Below are positions 53,971 to 64,000 of a DNA stretch of 64,000 nt, in pieces (the stretch's first letter is position 1; each line of letters starts with the position of its first letter). Source of the stretch: the human T2T-CHM13v2.0 reference genome, Homo sapiens. The stretch lies in NCBI RefSeq assembly GCF_009914755.1, contig NC_060925.1. One strand, written 5' to 3'. The notes beneath the pieces were generated by a model. The model saw only the letters and a list, made by a program, of their open reading frames with translations, had not been told where the DNA came from and made no database searches. The position numbers and the translations under genes are program-made.

Positions 53971-54025
53971 ATGCTCCCAAAGAAAGCAGCACTGAGTGGC
54001 ACAGGGGAGCCCCGAGGCAGCAGCG

Positions 54026-54120
54026 GCAGCACCCTCAGCACCCTCAGCCCTGCCCAGCACCCTCAGCCCAGCTCAGCACCCTCAGCCCCGCTCAGCACCC
54101 TCAGCCCAGCTCAGCACCTG
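54026..54120. repeat. Short tandem repeat, ~19-bp unit CAGCACCCTCAGCCCAGCT
   Basis: About 5 units read directly. Confidence 0.85.
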
Positions 54121-54278
54121 CCACCCACACCTGGCCAGCCCTGGACAGGCCCCTGTGCGGTGACCTTGGCAGCAGCCCTGCAGGGCACTGAACCCTGCCT
54201 GCCCCTTCCACAGCCCAGCACACGACCAGCTGGGAGTGTCACCAGTGTCTCTGACTCTGACACAAAAATGTCAGTGCT

Positions 54279-55810
<1,532 letters not shown>

Positions 55811-56467
55811 CCTGCTTCTCCTCTTTGACTTGCTGCCTAAGGCAGTTCCGGCGAAGTCCCTTCAACCCACAGACACGCCACTGCATCTCCAGAAGAGGGA
55901 AGGGTGGGAGGAAGGGCTGTGCCAAGGAAAGTTCCAGCAGCACTTGCAGGCCCCCAAGCAGGACGGGGGAAGAGGCCAACAATGGCCCTGAGCTCCCAGC
56001 CTCCATTTTGGCCAGGGGCAGGGGACTGACCCAGGAGGCTCCTTGTGCAGCCCACAGACCCCCCCTCCACCGCAGGTAGGAAGCTCAGCAGCGCTGGGAA
56101 ACCGCAGTGAACCCAGCCCAGCTGAAGGGAGCAGAGGGAAGCCACAGGAGCAAGGCTGGAAAGAAAACCAGGTGCCTTCCTCCCTGGGGACTAGAGCAGG
56201 CAGGGGAGTGCCCTGGTCCGTCAGGGGACCCCAGCTCACGCAGGCCTGCACTTCCTATCCCAGCTTCGGCTGACCACCTAATCTTGGGGGTCAGTAAGAG
56301 CCAGGCCAGGTGGGTGCCCTACTGCCCTTCCTGGCTGCATGACACCAGCCAGCCTGCTGGGCACAGGGGCCGAGTCCCCTCTACCCACCCTTCCCTTCCA
56401 AATGTCCCTAAACAATCCACCCACAGTGGCCCCTGCACGGCCTAGACATGCCCATGACTGGCAGTAC

Positions 56468-56487
56468 CTGCTCAGCTGGAAAGCCAT
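56468..56487 (-). CDS. ACOT7: ACOT7 alternative first coding exon (BACHd-type, MAFQLS-R)
   Basis: Perfect Kozak GCCACCATGG with ATG at 56487. 20 nt = 6 codons + 2 nt. Donor AG|gtactg. AG+G = Arg joins exon 2 in frame (MAFQLSRIMRPDD). Confidence 0.88.
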
Positions 56488-56659
56488 GGTGGCTAGGACA
56501 TCCCAGGATCAGATGCAGAGAAAGGCGAGGGAGCAGGGAAGCATCACAGAGTCCTTGCCTGACCCAGGACTGTCCCAGCTCCCTGCCACACCGGGCTTGG
56601 TGGGGAGCACCCCCCACCCCCAGCTTCCTGAGCTGCCCAATCTGGCCAGGAAGAGGCTG

Positions 56660-56720
56660 CCTCGCCAATCCAGAGCGTCTACCAGAAACCGGTCGTCATG
56701 GAAACCTTGCTTTATAAATA
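56660..56720 (-). promoter_or_regulatory. Candidate core promoter elements for the MAFQLSR first exon (TATA-like, RFX X-box, CCAAT)
   Basis: TATAAAG on minus at 56716-56710, GTCGTCATGGAAAC at 56692-56705, CCAAT at ~56665. Motif match only. Confidence 0.35.
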
Positions 56721-58211
56721 ATTACAGAAGAAGTAATTCTGTGAGCTCTTCTGGCTGCCATGCCAGGAGATCAGGAAGGCAGAGGGGCCGCTGCTGAGCG
56801 GCCTCAGGGAAGCGGCTATGAGGCTCTGCCTTCTCTGACAGGGCACAAGACCCCCTAGTCTTTCTCCAGGGTCTCAGCCAAAGCCAGGTCTGGCCCCACT
56901 GCCGCCTTCTAGAGCTCCCTGAAATGTAGACAGGGGAGGAAGGTCACAGGCCAGCAAGGACTCCAGCAGGTCCAAGCCTGCATCCTGCTGATGGAGCTGG
57001 CATCTAAAGCCTGTCCCAAGGGCCAGCTCCCTGGCTGAAGCAAAGTGGACAGGCGGTCCAGCCTCCCCTCTCCTCAGGCCACACCCCTGTCCTTCCCCAC
57101 TCCCCCTCTTCCTTCCCCCAACCCCTGCTTCAGAGGATGCCATGCCTGTCTTGGGGCTCAGCAACTCCACTACCCTTCCTCCACTCCCGCGGGCTCTTAG
57201 GCTGCCGGCTGCCACCTGTGGGCCCTGTGCCCCCCAACCCGTACTCTCTTCACTCCGCCTCCCCTTCTACTGGGTGTCAGGAAGAAAGAAAGAGGCCAAA
57301 CAATCACAGCGGCCAGGGTGCAGGCTACAGGAGGCCCAGTGCAGGAGGCGGGATGTGTTATCACCACAACCTCCCCCAATGCTGCCCCCACCAGGGCTGC
57401 TTTCCCAGGAATCCTGTGACCAGCAAGGGAAATGGAAAGTCCCCAGCCAGAGTGCAGGCCGCACAGCCTCAACCAGGCTGCACCCGCCGGCCTCTGGGCA
57501 AGTTTCACATGTTTAGTTGTGAAAGAGAAAGTTAGGGCAGAGAGGGCTGATTAGGCCACTCCCACTGGAACAGCCGGCCCTTATCAAGGCCCTTATCAAA
57601 CTGCCAGAGCCTGGGCTTATTCTATCTAACCAGCTGGCAGGCACTGAGCCTGGGAAGTCACTCTGGTAAAAGTTAAATAGGTAAATTATTACTAAAAGGA
57701 TGTCCTTTCACCTATGTGCAAAAATAACAAGTCCTAAAAGGACAAGTCCTCTCACCTATGTGCAAAAAGAAAGAAAAAGTCATTTTCAGCTTACAAACCC
57801 CACACGCACTGGGTCCCACAGGGAGGCTGGTGCTGCCCCCGCCCAGGGATGCTTAATGTCTAGAAGCCAGCAGAGGAGAGGATTCTAAAGGGATCCCACC
57901 GACCCAAAATGTCTGCCCGGAGGGGAGGTCAGAGGGCTGAGTCTGGCCCAAGCCTGGCAGCTAACCCTGGCTGAAAATGCCCCCTGAGCCCTCCCCACCC
58001 AGGCAGCCTGCCGGGGCCCAGGCCCGGGCCATCAGCCTCCTCAGCCCCCTGGCTGCCCATCTCGGCCCATCTTCCTGAGTAGCCGGCATCCCAGGGCCAG
58101 GGTCTTGAAGCCACAGCGTCTCCCACCCTGGCACACAGGACAGGTCCTCCCAAACACACTTCCCTCCCCTGACCCCAAATAGCCCATAGTTCCTCTCAGC
58201 TCCCAACTCAC

Positions 58212-58294
58212 TGTTTGGCCTTCTCCCCAAAACAGGCCCTGTCGACTTCCTTTCTGAGGACGTTTAGTGACAAGCTTCTCCGAAGCAGGAGCAT
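58212..58294 (-). CDS. ACOT7: ACOT7 alternative first coding exon (BACHc-type; Arg/Leu-rich mitochondrial-targeting-like N-terminus MLLLRRSLSLNVLRKEVDRACFGEKAK-Q)
   Basis: ATG at 58294 (ACGATGC). 83 nt = 27 codons + 2 nt. Donor CA|gtgagt at 58211. Phase 2 matches the single leading G of exon 2 (CA+G = Gln). Peptide recalled as a known ACOT7 isoform N-terminus. 5' UTR extent not determinable. Confidence 0.9.
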
Positions 58295-58619
58295 CGTCTC
58301 CCCACGTCTCCTGTCGGCTCCCTCCAGAAGCTGCAGCCAAATGGAACTCAAGGAATGAGCCTGGGCCCCAATACTGTGCCCTTTGGACTTGGCCTCATCC
58401 CTCCAGGCGGGCATTGCTGCCTCCCTAAGCAACCCTTCCAGCTGGTCCCAGTCCAGGTGTGCTAGGCCCACCACCCACCCCAAATCAGTGAGGACCTACC
58501 AGGCTTCCACAGCAACACAGATTCAAGCCACAACCAGATGGTCCCGCAAAGAGGAAGCACTTCTCAGATAGCTTAGCCTTATGAGTAAATAATCTCAAAG
58601 TTAAACAACTACAAGGTGC

Positions 58620-59155
58620 TATTTCCCATCTAGTAAATTAAAAATCATTTTAATTGACAAAACGAGATGTCTAGAAATGTTCATAGCAGCATTATTCACA
58701 ACCACCCAAGGATGGAAACAACCCGGTGTCCACCACGGATGGGTAGGTAAACAAAATACGATAAATCCATACAATGAGATATTATCTGACCATAAAAAAT
58801 GAAGACCTACAGATCCACAGTAATGCACGGACCAGCCTTGAAACCACCCTGGGTGAAAGAAGTCAATCACAAAAGGTCACACGCCATCTGATTCCATGTA
58901 TATTAAATGTCCACAACAGGCAGATCTACAGAAACAGAAAGTCAGCTGGTGGGGGGCAGGGGCTGGAGGAGGGGAAATGGGAGTGACTGCTAATGCGTGC
59001 AGGTTAATTCCGGGGGTGATGAAAATGTTCTGGAATTAAATCGTGCTGGTGGCTGCACAGCCTTGTGAATCCATTAAGGTTCACGCAGAATTGTACAATC
59101 AAAAAGGGTAGACTCAATAGAGTTATAGCTCAGGAAAGCTGTTATAAACTACAAA
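58620..59155 (+). mobile_element. Old L1M (L1MB/ME-like) 3' UTR fragment
   Basis: AATGTTCATAGCAGCATTATTCACAA...GGAAACAACCC..TGTCCA...GGTGATGAAAATGTTCTGGAATTA. A similar fragment lies at ~62685-62930. Confidence 0.7.
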
Positions 59156-59783
59156 CAAGGCAGGGTGGAGTAGTTCACGCCTGTAATCCCAGCCCCTTGG
59201 GAGGCCGAGGCAGGCGGATCATCTGAGGTGAGGAGTTTTGACACCAGCCTGGCCAACACGGTGGAACCCCACCACTAGTGAAAAGAAAGTTAACCAGGCA
59301 TGGTGGTGTGCTCCTGCAATCCCAGCTACCAGGGAAGGTGAGGCAGGAGAATCACCTGAACCCAGGAGGCGGAGGTTGCAGTGAGCCAAGATCACGTCAC
59401 TGCGTTACTGCATTCCAGCCTGGGCAACAGAGCGGGACTCTGTAAAAATAAATAAATAAATAAACTACTAACAACTGGATGCCAGAAGCTGTGGCCCCTC
59501 CCTACATAAGCACTGGCCATGTGGGTGACACATGGCAGGAGCCCTCGAAACGCTCTTACCTTTGCCACAGAAAGGCACTCCCAAAATCTAAAGAAAAACA
59601 CACACAGCTTGGCAGAGATCTGCAGATGTGGCATCCATCTCTAACCCAAAACAAAGTAGAACTGGCTCAGTAGGCTGTGAGCATCCCTAAAAACATGCTC
59701 GAGGTTGTGTCTGGTTTCTACTTTTCTGGGGAAAAGACCCAGTTTTCTGCAGCTTTCAAAGGCATCTGGAAGCTAAAAAGTCA

Positions 59784-60194
<411 letters not shown>

Positions 60195-60568
60195 TCAAAA
60201 GCACACTGAGCCCAGCTCATCAGAGGGCACTCGGAAGAGAGAATTCAAGGAGAACTCCGCAACGACATGCCCTAGAATGGGAGGCCACATCCCTCTCCCC
60301 AACCGAAACTCACTGCCTCATGCTAGAGGAAGCTGGTAGGGTCAGAAACTTACATCCAGGCTCCAGAAAGATCTCTCAGAGCTCAATGTGAAAAAAACAA
60401 ATGACCTTTGGCTAGGCGCGGTCGTGCACGCCTGTAATCCCAGCACTTTGGGAGGCTGAGGTGGGCAGATGGCTAGAGCTCAGGAGCTGGAGACTCTTCT
60501 AGGCAACATGGTGAGACCCCATCTCTACCAAAAATCCAAAAAAATTAGCCGAGCATGGTGGTGAGCAC

Positions 60569-61549
60569 TGCGGGTGGCAAGCCATCCAGGTGCCGAGGCA
60601 AGAGACCAAGGGCATGAGCTTTTCCAGTATAATAAAATATATAAAACAGTAAGAATTATACTAGATCTAGATCATAGACGTGATTATATATGAATATCAT
60701 TAATCATTAATTTGTAGCAATTACTCTTTATTCCAATATTATAATAATCCTCGCTCTATAATCATAACCTAGGAAAAACCAGGCTATACAGAGATGGGAG
60801 CTGAGGGGACATGGTGAGAAGTGACCAGAAGACAAGTGCGAGCCTTCTGTTATGCCCGGACAGGGCCACCAGAGGGCTCCTTGGTCTAGCGGTAACGCCA
60901 GCGTCTGGGAAGACGCCCGTTGCCAGGCAGACCGTGGTTCCAGCAGTAGCGTCAGTGCCAAAGAAAAACACCCGCCACTTAGCAGACCAGGAAAGGGAGT
61001 CTCCCTTTCCCCCGGGGAGTTTAGAGAAGACTACTCCTCCACCTCTTGTGGAGGGCCTGACATCAGTCAGGCCTGCCCGCAGTTATCCGGAGGCCTGTCT
61101 CCCTGTGATGCTGTGCTTCAGTGGTCACGCTCCTAGTCCACTTTCATGTTCCATCCTGCACACCTGGCTCTGCCTTTTAGATAACAGTAGCAAATTAGTG
61201 AAAGTACTAAAAGTCCCTGATATGCAGAAATAATGGCGTAAGCTGTCTCTCTCTCTCTCCCTCTCTCTCTGCCTTGGCTGCCAGGCAGGGAAGGGCCCCC
61301 TGTCCAGTGCACATGTGACCCACGTGACCTTACCTATCATTGGAGATGATTCACACTCTTTACCCCTCCCCTTTTGCCTTGTATCCAATAAATAACAGCA
61401 CAGCCAGGCATTCGGGGACACTACCGGTCTCTGCATCTTGGTGGTAGTTGTCCCCCGGGCCCAGCTGTCTTTTATCTCTTTGTCTTGTGTCTTTATTTCT
61501 ACAATCTCTCATCTCCCCACATGGGGAGAAAAGCCACCGACCCTGTGGG
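60569..61549 (+). mobile_element. Solo ERV LTR, LTR13-like (ERVK class), inserted inside an Alu
   Basis: Begins TG(C)GGGTGGCAAGCCATCCAGGTGCCGAGGCAAGAGACC, resembling my recollection of the LTR13 5' end. ~1 kb. AATAAA at 61387-61392. It interrupts an Alu between ...GTGAGCAC and CTGTGGTCCCAGCTAC. Confidence 0.75.
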
Positions 61550-61716
61550 TTTTCTGTGGTCCCAGCTACTCAGGGGGTCCCAGCTGCACCTGTGGTCCCA
61601 GCTACTCAGGGGGCTGAGGTGGTAGGATCACTTGAGCTGGGAGGTCAAGGCTGCAGTGGGCCAAGATTGAATTCCAGCCTGGATGACAGAGCGAGACCTT
61701 GTCTCAAAAAAGGCTA

Positions 61717-62931
<1,215 letters not shown>

Positions 62932-62936
62932 TCACA

Positions 62937-63940
<1,004 letters not shown>

Positions 63941-64000
63941 GGGCCAGGCACGGTGGCTCATGTCTGTAATCCCAGCACTTTGGGACCCCGAGGTGGGAGA

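Overview
Primate (almost certainly human) genomic DNA lying entirely inside ACOT7 (acyl-CoA thioesterase 7 / brain acyl-CoA hydrolase, BACH), which is transcribed on the minus strand. The gene was recognised from its translated exons. Five internal coding exons were placed at base resolution with GT-AG boundaries and consistent phases: exon 2 47391-47508, exon 3 37075-37231, exon 4 31119-31210, exon 5 24941-25055, exon 6 16136-16222. Two alternative first coding exons are also present: MLLLRRSLSL... at 58212-58294 and MAFQLSR at 56468-56487. The main first exon(s) and exons 7-9 lie outside the window. The rest is intron: a full-length SVA in sense orientation (2040-3881), about 45 Alus, an LTR13-like solo LTR nested in an Alu, MaLR/L1/L2/MIR/Tigger1 fragments, and four minisatellites. 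Almost all ORFs in the supplied track are Alu, SVA or VNTR artefacts. I see no evidence of a new protein-coding system. The best leads are regulatory or structural and mostly inferential: an inverted-AluY-flanked exon 3-4 block that would give a stop-free 249-nt circle, a tiny uORF and an upstream in-frame ATG at the alternative first exons, an Alu flanked by a ~100-bp duplication, a scrambled LTR/Alu junction, direct repeats bracketing exon 6, a higher-order VNTR, and candidate antisense units and RFX/GATA/MEF2 motif clusters. Repeat boundaries and subfamilies were read by eye and are approximate.
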